A DNA stretch of 63,991 bases, filler included. It is 9 parts of 9 records of this genome, joined end to end, with 100 filler letters (N's around TTAATTAATTAA, not from the genome) between each part and the next. Parts side by side here need not be neighbours in the genome. Positions count along the whole stretch, not along the records: positions 45,761 to 53,972 come from SRR31156797_84022; positions 54,073 to 63,991 come from SRR31156797_84046; 7 more parts are not named here. One strand, written 5' to 3'. Shown piece by piece: positions 49,318-58,672 of this stretch (its first letter is position 1; every line of letters begins with the position of its first letter). The position numbers and the translations under genes were made by a program. The notes beneath the pieces are model-generated. The model was not told the origin of the DNA. It did no database searches and saw nothing but the letters and a program-made list of their open reading frames with translations.

Positions 49318-49527
49318 CTAGGCCAGTTGGAACAAATCGACGGCGCTCTCGCGGCCGTCGTCGGCGCGCTCGATGTTGTATTCGATCCGCTGGCCTTCGC
49401 GCAAAGCGTCGAAGTCGGCCTGCTCAAGGGCGCTGGCGTGAACGAAAACGTCGGGCGAGCGGTCCTGCGGCGCGATGAAGCCGAAGCCCCGATGGCCGTT
49501 GAACCATTTGATGGTACCAATATGCAT
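49318..49527 (-). CDS. Cold-shock domain protein
   Basis: KWFN..RGFGFI (RNP1) and DVFVH (RNP2); RBS AAGGA. Confidence 0.92.
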   Translation of the reverse strand: MHIGTIKWFNGHRGFGFIAPQDRSPDVFVHASALEQADFDALREGQRIEYNIERADDGRESAVDLFQLA

Positions 49528-49768
49528 TGTTGTTTTTCCTTATAGTATTCAATTGCTTATAGTCATCGCCCTGTTTGGCGACGGGTAAAATTGCTCGTAA
49601 ATGTCGGAATAAATTTTGCTTGCGGCCCTAATGGCCGAGGCGAAAAAACGCCGGAACAATCGAGTAATCCATCCCCTATATGGGGGCGTGCCGGCGAAAT
49701 AGCAACCGGAAGCGGTGGCGCGGCCGGAAAGATCGCCGCACCACCGGATGTCATGGTGCCGGTTGCGC

Positions 49769-49975
49769 TCAGGCGCCGAGCATCACCGACGAGGCCTTGA
49801 TGACGACCGAAATGTCGCCGCCTTCGGTGACGCCGAGCTCGTCGATCGCCTCGATGGTGACCATCGACGTGATGATGTTGCCGCCGCCGATATCCACCTT
49901 GACGGTGGCGTTGACGGCGCCCCGGTTGATCGAAACGACCTTGCCTTGAAAAACGTTGCGGGCGCTCAAACGCAT
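49769..49975 (-). CDS. mop: Molybdate-binding TOBE (Mop/molbindin) protein
   Basis: SARN..G.V, ITS.VT......L and IKASSVM motifs. Confidence 0.88.
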   Translation of the reverse strand: MRLSARNVFQGKVVSINRGAVNATVKVDIGGGNIITSMVTIEAIDELGVTEGGDISVVIKASSVMLGA

Positions 49976-50123
49976 GATGAAATCCTTTCGGTCAATAGTT
50001 GGCTATTCGAAATGACGCGGCAAAACCGCCAACGACCATATGGGGTCCGAGCGCCGGGCCGCAAGCCGCCGGGCGGCCCCGGCCGGGACCGCCCGTCATC
50101 TTCGCGCCGCGACGACTTCGCGC

Positions 50124-51008
50124 CTACGACAGGTGCTTCCTGAAAAACGCGATGGTCCGTTCCCAGGCCAGCTTCGCCTGCGCCTCGTTGTAGCGCGGGG
50201 TCGAATTGTTATGGAAACCGTGGCGCGTGCCTTCGTAGGTGTGCATCTCGAAGGTCGCGCCGTTGGCTTCCAGCGCCGCGCGGTATCCATCGCGCATGGC
50301 GTTGACGCGTTCGTCGTCCTCGGCATAGTTGATCAGCAGCGGCGCCTTGATCTTCGCCACATCCGCCGCGTCCGAAGGCGCCCGTCCGTAAAACGGCACG
50401 CCGGCATTCATGTCGGCGCCCATCTCGACGGCCAGGGCGTTGACCACACCGCCGCCGTAACAGAAACCGGTGACGCCCAGCTTGCCGGTCGATTGCGCGT
50501 GGCCCTTCAGAAACCTGGCGCTGTTCAGCATGTCGGTGAACAGCTTCTGCGGGTCGAGGCCGCGCTGCATCACCTTGCCGTCGTCGTCGTTGCCCGGATA
50601 ACCGCCGATCGGCGACAGGCCGTCCGGCGCAAGGGCCAGAAACCCTTCGGTCGCGGCCCGTCTGGCGACATCCTCGATGTACGGGTTCAGGCCGCGGTTT
50701 TCATGGACCACCAGAACGGCCGGGAAGGGACCCTCGCCGGCCGGCGCGACCAGGTATCCGCGCATCTTGCCCGACGTGCCGCCGGGCGACGGATAATCCA
50801 CGTACTTCGCCTTGATGCGCTCATCGGTGAACGAAATGGTCTGCGCCTTGGCGTAATTCGGCAGCAGCGCCTCGGCCATCGCCAGTGCGGAACCGCCGAT
50901 CACGGTGATGGCGGCGGCGCGTTTGAAGAACTCGCGGCGGTCCATCCTGCCGTGGCAGTATTCGTCGTAAAGCTGATAGATCTTGGGGTCGATCAGTTGT
51001 TGGTCCAT
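50124..51008 (-). CDS. Dienelactone hydrolase family (YghX-like) with Tat-like leader
   Basis: Motifs YDEYCHG.MDRR.F, HENRGLN, GFCYGG and HGFHN. Confidence 0.9.
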   Translation of the reverse strand: MDQQLIDPKIYQLYDEYCHGRMDRREFFKRAAAITVIGGSALAMAEALLPNYAKAQTISFTDERIKAKYVDYPSPGGTSGKMRGYLVAPAGEGPFPAVLVVHENRGLNPYIEDVARRAATEGFLALAPDGLSPIGGYPGNDDDGKVMQRGLDPQKLFTDMLNSARFLKGHAQSTGKLGVTGFCYGGGVVNALAVEMGADMNAGVPFYGRAPSDAADVAKIKAPLLINYAEDDERVNAMRDGYRAALEANGATFEMHTYEGTRHGFHNNSTPRYNEAQAKLAWERTIAFFRKHLS

Positions 51009-51160
51009 GGGTGCCTCGCATCCTCATCATGCGGCCCAGGGCGTTCCCGGCGAAAGCAACCGGGTTCAAACCCGAAGCCTCAATCGTTCCAGTCTCGATT
51101 AATGAGATATGGAAGCGTTCCAGGATTTACACCCGGAATCTGCGCCGCCCGTACAACGCT

Positions 51161-51817
51161 TCACGGCATTGTCATCTTGCGCGGAACTTGGTCGCCGATG
51201 GCGCGCCCCATCCAGATCGTGCCGTTCGATCCGGCGTCCCGGGTCCGGGCGATCTCACGAAATCCGCGGGACGTCCAGAACCCCTGGGCGCGGTCGTTAT
51301 GCACCGCCACCCCGGCATGAACGGCCGTGACGCCCATTTCTCGGGCGTATCCCAGCCACGTCTCCAGCAGGTGGCGGCCGATGCCCCGGCCCCGAAGCCG
51401 GGCCAGCAGGTTCAGATGCAGATGCGCCGGGTATTCCCGGACCACCGCTTCGGGGGCGCATCGGGGATGATGGATCATGTGACGGCGGCGCTGATCGGCG
51501 CTCCAGGCGGCCGGATCGCCGGTCGGATCGGCATATTTCGCGCGCAAACGCGGCCACCAGTCGGCCTCCAGGCGGGCTTCGAAGGCGCGCGTATCGGCCG
51601 CGCCCAGCACAAATCCGGCCAATCCGTCGGTGTCCTCGGCAACGAAACAGGTCTCGGCGGCAAAAGCGGCATAGGGCCCGGCGTAGATATGGCCCATCAG
51701 GCGCGGATCTTGGTACAGGTGCGCCGCATCGCCGCCGTCATGCCCGGTCGCCAGGGTGATGGCGTAAAGCGCCTCGGTGTCGGTCGCGGCGAGCGGGCGC
51801 AGGGTCGGGGTTGTCAT
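51161..51817 (-). CDS. GNAT N-acetyltransferase
   Basis: Motifs TG..G.DA, GHIYAGPY, YPAHLHLNLL, RGRGIG and N..A..F....GF. Confidence 0.88.
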   Translation of the reverse strand: MTTPTLRPLAATDTEALYAITLATGHDGGDAAHLYQDPRLMGHIYAGPYAAFAAETCFVAEDTDGLAGFVLGAADTRAFEARLEADWWPRLRAKYADPTGDPAAWSADQRRRHMIHHPRCAPEAVVREYPAHLHLNLLARLRGRGIGRHLLETWLGYAREMGVTAVHAGVAVHNDRAQGFWTSRGFREIARTRDAGSNGTIWMGRAIGDQVPRKMTMP

Positions 51818-51950
51818 TGGTTCATTCCGGGTTAACCATATCGAATTGACGGGCCGGGCAGGCTAACCCGGTACCTTTGGAGCCGCCAATCGTTTATCAT
51901 CGCCCGGCAGCTTGGCCCCGCCGGTTTTGGAACTTGGGAGGAGAAAAACC

Positions 51951-52160
51951 ATGGGCATAGGGAGACTGACCGCCAAGGCCGCCGGCGTCGCCGCCGATGC
52001 CGTCGGCGATGTGCTCGGCAGCGATGCCTATCCGGAAACCGAATACGGACTCGCCGCCTATCTGTTCCAGCAGATCGCGCAAAGCGAGCGCGGCGAAGCG
52101 GAGCGCGACCGGGCCTATTACCTCGCCCTGATGAAGGAATGCTTGGCCGCCGTGCGGTGA
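51951..52160 (+). CDS. Small hypothetical protein (69 aa)
   Basis: Strong RBS GGGAGGAG; GC-rich third codon positions; helical C-terminus ECLAAVR. Confidence 0.6.
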   Translation: MGIGRLTAKAAGVAADAVGDVLGSDAYPETEYGLAAYLFQQIAQSERGEAERDRAYYLALMKECLAAVR

Positions 52161-52174
52161 CGGTCACTTTTTGT

Positions 52175-52424
52175 CGTCATGGCCGGGCCGGGACCCGGCC
52201 ATCCACGCCCTTTATCGTCCTGCCCGCTTCCCAATTTCGTCATTGCCCGGGTCCCTCCGGGCAATCCTGGCCCGTCCCGCCATGTCCGCTTTCCATTCGT
52301 CATGCCCGCGCAGGCGGGCATCCAGGATCGGCAAGTCTGGATGCCCCGGACTGGCGCCGGAGCATGACGGGGAACAAAGGCAAAGCATCCCCAGCCGTCA
52401 TGCCCGCGAAGGCGGGCATCCAGG
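52175..52424. repeat. Cluster of five CGTC-tagged REP-like palindromes
   Basis: CGTCAT-stem-loop-ATCC units start at 52175, 52238, 52298 and 52396, with an inverted copy ending at 52369. Confidence 0.85.
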
Positions 52425-52470
52425 AATGGTGCTGAATTTCGGTTCCCTACTCATTGGAAACAGTTTCGTA

Positions 52471-52740
52471 TCAGGACAGGGCGGCCAATCGGCGATGCAC
52501 CTCGTCCTTGTCGTGTCCATCCCATTCCCCCGTATATGGCGGGAGTCCGGCGAACAAATAGGCGTGGCTATCGTGGTAGAGGTAGCTGATCTGACCGGTC
52601 GGAAGATCAATGTAGACGATACTGTGCCAATCGTCCGACCAACCGGGAATGTTCGTTTTACCAATGCCGCTTGGATATAACCGCGCCAGCGCAGCCACGA
52701 GATTGTTTCTCTCAAAATGTGCTTGTTCTTTTTCGGTCAT
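52471..52740 (-). CDS. Small phage-type protein with LPTGQISY and WDGH motifs
   Basis: ERN.LVAAL...W...YIDLPTGQISY..H...F..LP....WDGH...V..RL; RBS GGAG. Confidence 0.7.
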   Translation of the reverse strand: MTEKEQAHFERNNLVAALARLYPSGIGKTNIPGWSDDWHSIVYIDLPTGQISYLYHDSHAYLFAGLPPYTGEWDGHDKDEVHRRLAALS

Positions 52741-52874
52741 TTTATGCTCCATGCCGCACCCTAAGGTGAGTTCCGGCGATTGCCCGTATTGTCATTTGTG
52801 CGGCATCGATTGCATCCCACGAATCATCGACGACGAAACAAGTCTCGGCGCCGAATTCCGAAACCCGATCCCGC

Positions 52875-53972
52875 CTATTTGATCCGGAAATGGTTACGCA
52901 CCGCCAGCAGGAACAGGAAAACCAGGGCGGCCGAAAACACACTCTGGCCCAACCCCCAATAGGCGACGGCATCGGGGAATAACCCGTCGCCGAAAAGGCA
53001 GGCATAGGTCTGCTTCAGCTTTTCCGTATCGAAACGCCCGAAGACGATGGACCCCTTGATGACCGACAGATAGGTCGCGGCATCCCAGGGGGTGCCCGGC
53101 CCGGCAAGGCAGGAAAGCGCGGGGATTTCCTGCGCGAGACCGAGCCAGCCGAGAAACGAACGCCAAAACCAATCAAACACGTTTGTTGCATAGGCCGGGT
53201 TGCGGGCCGTGAAATGTTGGGACAGGTAATAAAGCGCGAAACCGAATATTGACGCGAACCACCAGCCGAGGGGCAGGATCATCGAGCGTCCGAAATTGGA
53301 TAAGGCTTGGTAAAAAATTCCGGTCCAATAGCGCACGCCACCTAGCCATATCGGTTTGTCCTTGCGAAACAGGTTACGCAAGTTGGGAAACGCCTTGTCG
53401 TGGATACCGCGCGCCGCCTTCAGTTCCTCGGCGAAGAACATCAACTCGCGCTCGTGGTCGTGGCCCTGGACGGCCAGCCGTTTCAGTGCCCGCCAGTGGG
53501 CCGTTCGGTCTGGTTTTGGCTTCTGCCAACGGAATCGTCTCTTTGGCGGGAGGATATCGATATCATCCAGACGCGGTGCTTCCGCGAAATGGGCCATCAC
53601 GAAGTTAGGCACTTGGTTGAAGGTGGCGTCTTGGAGCGTAAAAATGCTTTCGCCTTTCATGCCGACGAAATATGCATCTTTTTCGAAACTGGCGCTTTGA
53701 AAGCTTGAAAAGCTGCCGAAGAGTACTTGATCGAACCTTGCGTCATCGGAAAATACCGCTTCTTCGAATATCGCCTCTCCCAAAAATACCGCTTTGTGGA
53801 ACCTCGCGTGCGAGGACAGTTTTGTCTCCTTGAACCACGCGTGTCCGGAGAACGTTACCTCGTTGAACTCAGTGTCCCCAGAGAAGGCAGTCTCATTGAA
53901 CCACGCGTTCCCGGAGAACAACGCCTTGTCGAACCGCGCGTTCCCGGAGAACGACGCCTCTCTGAACCACGC
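52875..53972 (-). CDS. Pentapeptide-type (11-aa F-repeat) protein with C-terminal membrane domain, 5'-truncated
   Basis: Tandem 33-nt repeats (A.F....FSG.) at the contig edge, then SNFGRS...P, TM helices and FLLAVRNHFRIK. Confidence 0.8.
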   Translation of the reverse strand, partial: AWFREASFSGNARFDKALFSGNAWFNETAFSGDTEFNEVTFSGHAWFKETKLSSHARFHKAVFLGEAIFEEAVFSDDARFDQVLFGSFSSFQSASFEKDAYFVGMKGESIFTLQDATFNQVPNFVMAHFAEAPRLDDIDILPPKRRFRWQKPKPDRTAHWRALKRLAVQGHDHERELMFFAEELKAARGIHDKAFPNLRNLFRKDKPIWLGGVRYWTGIFYQALSNFGRSMILPLGWWFASIFGFALYYLSQHFTARNPAYATNVFDWFWRSFLGWLGLAQEIPALSCLAGPGTPWDAATYLSVIKGSIVFGRFDTEKLKQTYACLFGDGLFPDAVAYWGLGQSVFSAALVFLFLLAVRNHFRIK

Positions 53973-54072
53973 NNNNNNNNNNNNNNNNNNNNNNNNNNNN
54001 NNNNNNNNNNNNNNNNTTAATTAATTAANNNNNNNNNNNNNNNNNNNNNNNNNNNNNNNNNNNNNNNNNNNN
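53973..54072. other. Artificial contig linker
   Basis: N44-TTAATTAATTAA-N44. Confidence 0.98.
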
Positions 54073-56481
54073 GGGATTTCCCTTTGTGAAAAAAACATTC
54101 AAGTCACCAGTGAGATCTGCGAACTGTGCACCAACCACTGCAAGATAACGGTGGCCCATATGGAGGGTGAAAAGGTCGCGTACGGATTTTTGTGCGGCCG
54201 GGAATATGACACCAAGCAATACGTGAACAGAAATCTTTCCGGTTTTGATCTGCTAAAGGCACGCCAAAAGGTTTTCCATTTGAAATTCCATGAACCGTAC
54301 GCGGAGAATGTAACCATGGGAATCCCCGCAGCCCTCCATCTGTTCGAAGATCTCCCCTTCTGGCGGAAGTTTTTCGACGCGCTCTCCATCAGGACCATCA
54401 CCAATGAAAATTATAATGACGCCTTGAAAGAAGGAAAACATATGGCTGATGCCGAATTCTGCGCGCCCATGTTGGCCCTTCACGGGCATGTCCAGTATCT
54501 GATGAACAGGTCCGACGCGGTCTTTCTACCCTTCTATCTGGAGAAAAAGCCACCTCTGCGCGGGCTGCGGCGCCAGTACTGCTATTACACACAGTTTTCA
54601 CCATCCCTCATATCGAAACAGTATGAAGGCAAAGCTGAAAAACAGATTCTGACACCGCTCATTCATTATCTTCACAGTACATTACACACCAAAATCGAAC
54701 TGTATAACACCTTAAAGGCGGTCACAAAGTCGGTGAAGTTTCTGGATGTATCCAAAGCCTATGACACGGCCCGTGAATATCAGACATCCTGCCTGTTGAA
54801 ATTGAAGGCTTTGTATAAGGAAGAATTGGATAACCGTAACGGTATTCATGTGGTACTGCTGGGCCGTCCCTATACCGCCCTTTCAAAGACCATGAACAAG
54901 AGTATACCGGATATTTTCGCGTCACTGGGTATCCGGGTCTACTACCAGGACATGCTGTCCTATTCCCATGAAGGTTCATCACCTATTCGGGGACTTCTGG
55001 AGCGGATTCATTGGCGTTACGCCGCGGACATTCTTACGGCGGCCCAGGTGACGGCCGATTGCGAAAGGGCCTATCCGGTTCTGGTCACATCCTTTCGGTG
55101 CTCGCCAGACGCCTTTGTCATGGACTATTTCAAGGAGATCATGGAGGCCCATCATAAACCCTACCTCATCCTTCAACTGGATGAACACGAATCGAACGTG
55201 GGCTACGAAACGCGGATCGAAGCTGCTATTCGATCTTTTCAAAACCACCATGCCACCACCCAAAGGAAGGTCCCCGTATCAGTATCCGCACGCTTCCCCG
55301 TTACGTCAAAAGAACTTTCCCATAAAACGTTGATCATTCCGAACTGGGACAACATCACGTTTCAGTTTCTGGTTGCAAATCTAAGGCGGGAAGGGATCGA
55401 CGCCAGGTTGATGGAAGAATCCCAGACGACGATTCAGAAGAGCCTTCGATACAATACGGGCCAGTGCATCCCTTTGAACATCATCGCCCAGGAATTTGTG
55501 GAGTATGTGAGATGCCACCATCTGGACCCTGAAAAAAGCCTGCTGTGGATGGTCTCCTCACAGATTGCCTGCAATATCGGCTTGTTTCCCCACCATTTGG
55601 AACGGCTTTTTCACACCTACGGAAACGGAATGGAAAAAGCCCGGGTGTATGTGGGGAACATGTCATTCATGGACGTCTCTTTGAAACTCCCCATCAATAC
55701 CTATTTTGCCCATATGTTCGGTGGTTTCATTCGAAAAATGGGGTGCCGGATCAGGCCCTACGAAAAACAAAAGGGGGCCACGGACCGGGTGATCAAGGAA
55801 AATGTTTCCCTTCTGGTAGACGCCTTCTCGGGAAAAGGATCAAAAGAGGAAGCTCTGAAGGAGGTCATCGCCTCATTTGAGGCCATAGACATTTACCGCG
55901 AACGAAAGCCGAAAGTGGCCATTTTTGGGGATTTGTACGTGCGGGACAATGACGTGATGAACCAGGATCTCATCCGTTTTATCGAAAGCCACAACGGGGA
56001 AGTAATCGTTACCCCCTACAGCGCTTATGTGCAGATGATCGCCAGGGCATATCTCAAAAAATGGTTTTTTGAGGGGAATTATCTGGATATCCTCTCTTCC
56101 AAGGCATTGCTCGCCACCGTCATCCGGCTGGAAAAGAGCTACCTCAGGTATTTCCACAAAATTCTGGACCCCGAACCGGCCCACGACGAAAGCCCCGAAA
56201 AAATCCTCTCGGAATATAATGTCAGAATCGAGCACACAGGCGAATCCATGGATAATCTGTTGAAAATATTCTATACAAAGAAGCGATATCCGGACGTTGC
56301 CCTGTTTATCCAGACCAGCCCCGCGTTCTGCTGCCCGTCCCTGGTCACCGAGGCAATGGCCAAAACCATCGAGAAAAAAACAGGGGTCCCCATGGTCTCC
56401 ATCACCTACGACGGCACTTCCACCCATGTTAACAACGCCATTGTTCCCTATCTGACCTATTTGAAAACCGTTGATCCATAG
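54073..56481 (+). CDS. CoA-substrate-specific enzyme activase / 2-hydroxyacyl-CoA dehydratase-like multidomain protein, 5'-truncated
   Basis: Frame open from 54073 (C..C.N.C); GIP.AL, EFC.P...HGH, GRPY, SF.C.PD, DEH, GQC.P and GD.YVR motifs. Confidence 0.85.
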   Translation, partial: GISLCEKNIQVTSEICELCTNHCKITVAHMEGEKVAYGFLCGREYDTKQYVNRNLSGFDLLKARQKVFHLKFHEPYAENVTMGIPAALHLFEDLPFWRKFFDALSIRTITNENYNDALKEGKHMADAEFCAPMLALHGHVQYLMNRSDAVFLPFYLEKKPPLRGLRRQYCYYTQFSPSLISKQYEGKAEKQILTPLIHYLHSTLHTKIELYNTLKAVTKSVKFLDVSKAYDTAREYQTSCLLKLKALYKEELDNRNGIHVVLLGRPYTALSKTMNKSIPDIFASLGIRVYYQDMLSYSHEGSSPIRGLLERIHWRYAADILTAAQVTADCERAYPVLVTSFRCSPDAFVMDYFKEIMEAHHKPYLILQLDEHESNVGYETRIEAAIRSFQNHHATTQRKVPVSVSARFPVTSKELSHKTLIIPNWDNITFQFLVANLRREGIDARLMEESQTTIQKSLRYNTGQCIPLNIIAQEFVEYVRCHHLDPEKSLLWMVSSQIACNIGLFPHHLERLFHTYGNGMEKARVYVGNMSFMDVSLKLPINTYFAHMFGGFIRKMGCRIRPYEKQKGATDRVIKENVSLLVDAFSGKGSKEEALKEVIASFEAIDIYRERKPKVAIFGDLYVRDNDVMNQDLIRFIESHNGEVIVTPYSAYVQMIARAYLKKWFFEGNYLDILSSKALLATVIRLEKSYLRYFHKILDPEPAHDESPEKILSEYNVRIEHTGESMDNLLKIFYTKKRYPDVALFIQTSPAFCCPSLVTEAMAKTIEKKTGVPMVSITYDGTSTHVNNAIVPYLTYLKTVDP

Positions 56482-56761
56482 CCCCTATGGTCTTATGTTA
56501 ACAAAATGGGGAAACAGTTTCAGGTAGTGTAATTTTCCGTTTGAAAGCCTAGAACGCGAAAGGTTGAATAATCACTCCTGCCACAAATGAAAAGAAAGGA
56601 TTTTGAAAGACAAATTCTTCTTTAATGCCGACAGCTCGACATATTGCTGCTCGGGTTGCTGGGTGTAACTGCTATGTCTTCCAAGGTGCTTTGAGAAATC
56701 GGAAGATTAAATATGTTTTGGATATTACATGGTTTTTAGATGAAAATATTCTTTATCTCTG

Positions 56762-56974
56762 TCAAGGTATTGCCAGTTTGAATTCATCCGTTTCATCAGC
56801 AGTTTCCTCAGGATCCAGGCTGAAGCACTTCGAGCAACTGCCGTAGAACTCTCTGGTGAATCCATGGCCGCACGGCCGGCACTTCATGTTCTTTTCTCTG
56901 CTGATCTCATCCTGGACAACATCACTCAAGAAAAAGTGTGAGTTGACCGGATCGGCGATGTCCATTGGGTCCAA
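56762..56974 (-). CDS. Small putative zinc-ribbon protein
   Basis: CRPC...CSKC cysteine pairs; RBS GGAGGT. Start is TTG 56974 or ATG 56965. Confidence 0.55.
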   Translation of the reverse strand: MDPMDIADPVNSHFFLSDVVQDEISREKNMKCRPCGHGFTREFYGSCSKCFSLDPEETADETDEFKLAIP

Positions 56975-57082
56975 CCCACCTCCCATAACATCACATGATA
57001 GGCTGTTGATGAAAATATTCATATTAATCCAACTTGATCAACCGTATGAAGTCTTGTGTTCGCAGATTCTAACATCATTAAA

Positions 57083-58552
57083 CTACTGCATAAATTTAAT
57101 CAACTCGCTGACTTCAACAGTTGCAATGCCGGATGCAATATCGGACATACCATAGGGAATAACCAAGACGTTGTTGTGGAAAATCGCGCCGCAGGTATAA
57201 ACGACATTGGGGACATACCCCTCGCGCTCTTCCTCGCGCGGCGCAAGCAACGGCTCTTCAAGGCGAGCGATGACTCTTGTGGGGTTTTCAAGATCGAGCA
57301 GCATGGCGCCGATGCAATACCTGCGCATGGGCCCGACTCCATGGGTGAGCACGATCCAGCCTTCATCGGTTTCCAGGGGGGATCCGCAATTGCCGATCTG
57401 AATGAACTCCCAGGGCCGTGTAGGCTCCTGGATGATTTCGGAATCCTGCCAGAAATGGATATTGTCCGAAAACATGATGTGATTGTTTTCGCCGTCCTGG
57501 CGTGAGAGCATGGCATAGCGCCCGCCGATTTTCCTGGGAAAAAGCGCCATGCCTTTGTTTTGTACGGCTTTACCATTGAGCGTAATCACTTTAAATTTGA
57601 TAAAATCCTTTGTTTCAATCAACTGCGGAAGGATTGTGAAACCGTTATAGGCGGTATAGGTTGCAAAATAGGTAAAGTCTTGGCTGTCATGGAAAAATTG
57701 AACGAACCGAGCATCTTCAATGCCCCTGCTTTCGTTTTTCGAAACGGGAAAGATTACCCGTTCGGAGATGCGATGATCGGCGTGGAAAATCACCTCATAA
57801 TTGGAATCCGCAAGCCAGCACATAACCTCGAAGGTTCTGTTTTGATGCTCTTCGGGAAATAGCGGTTTTACGCGAAGCTTTCCAATTTTGTGTAATAACT
57901 CCTTATACGTAAAATCTTCCGACATCTGCTTAAGAATATGGGTGGTTATGTCATTGACGGCCCCCATCTCGTTCAGCTTGCGCTGGAAAGGATTGCGTTT
58001 GTAAACCGGGTCCAATTGAAGTTCCGGCGTTTCCACGAAATCGCTGAGGGGGTCAAAAAGGAATCGGTTTTGCCGGTCAAGGACGCCGCTGCGAAATACA
58101 ATTGACGAAACATGCCCTTCGCCTGTTGCCCGTAGGCTCATAATAAAGCGCAAACTGCCTTTTTTTAAATGGCTCTGATCAGGATGGGGAACAATGGAAG
58201 GATTGAAAAGGGCTGCCGATTCTATGGCGTATTCCATGGTAAAATAGGCCCCGATGAGAGCACTTTTGGTCTCGCTGAGCACGGCGTCTCGAGGAACATA
58301 ATCTCGCATCTCATGCAGGCGGCGCTCAAAAATACGTTCAATGTTTTCGTGCCGCTCGGAAAAATCACCCATTATCTGTGAAAGAAGTTTTTCGGCCGTA
58401 GGCCTGGGCAAATCTAGGATGCGTTGAATAATTCTGGATATGCGATATGCGTTGTCGGGAATATGAGGGCGGGTTATAACACGTGAAATGTCCCCCACGA
58501 TTTTAGTTGTTTTTCTTTCAACTTTTAATTTTTGATGCTTTTTTCTTTGCAT
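57083..58552 (-). CDS. GH130 family protein with long N-terminal extension
   Basis: Motifs AALFNPS, GIEDARF, YTAY, NKGMALFP, THGV, Y..GA.LLD..NP and GYVPNVVY.CG. Confidence 0.88.
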   Translation of the reverse strand: MQRKKHQKLKVERKTTKIVGDISRVITRPHIPDNAYRISRIIQRILDLPRPTAEKLLSQIMGDFSERHENIERIFERRLHEMRDYVPRDAVLSETKSALIGAYFTMEYAIESAALFNPSIVPHPDQSHLKKGSLRFIMSLRATGEGHVSSIVFRSGVLDRQNRFLFDPLSDFVETPELQLDPVYKRNPFQRKLNEMGAVNDITTHILKQMSEDFTYKELLHKIGKLRVKPLFPEEHQNRTFEVMCWLADSNYEVIFHADHRISERVIFPVSKNESRGIEDARFVQFFHDSQDFTYFATYTAYNGFTILPQLIETKDFIKFKVITLNGKAVQNKGMALFPRKIGGRYAMLSRQDGENNHIMFSDNIHFWQDSEIIQEPTRPWEFIQIGNCGSPLETDEGWIVLTHGVGPMRRYCIGAMLLDLENPTRVIARLEEPLLAPREEEREGYVPNVVYTCGAIFHNNVLVIPYGMSDIASGIATVEVSELIKFMQ

Positions 58553-58672
58553 ATCATGGTTTCCTCAATGATTTATTGCACTGCATGGCAAGTATGTCCG
58601 TGGGAACGGATCCTCAATGCTGGTCTATCCGCAAAATTGCTTTTTCGACATGTATCTCCATGCAACAAACAT

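Noticed and set aside
49991..50018. ModE box or Moco riboswitch upstream of mop
   Set aside because: Only GTCA...TGAC ends and a 5-bp hairpin; spacing and sequence do not match ModE convincingly.
52175..52424. CRISPR array
   Set aside because: Units differ in sequence, one is inverted, spacing is irregular and there are no cas genes; this fits REPs.
8447..54072. Recurring TTAATTAATTAA motif as a biological repeat
   Set aside because: Always centred in identical 100-bp N blocks; it is a concatenation linker. ORFs ending in XXX-LIN are artefacts of it.
58553..58672. Small ORF or TGA readthrough between the two GH130 genes
   Set aside because: Only very short frames (MSKKQFCG; MEIHVEKAILRIDQH) with no motif or SECIS-like support.
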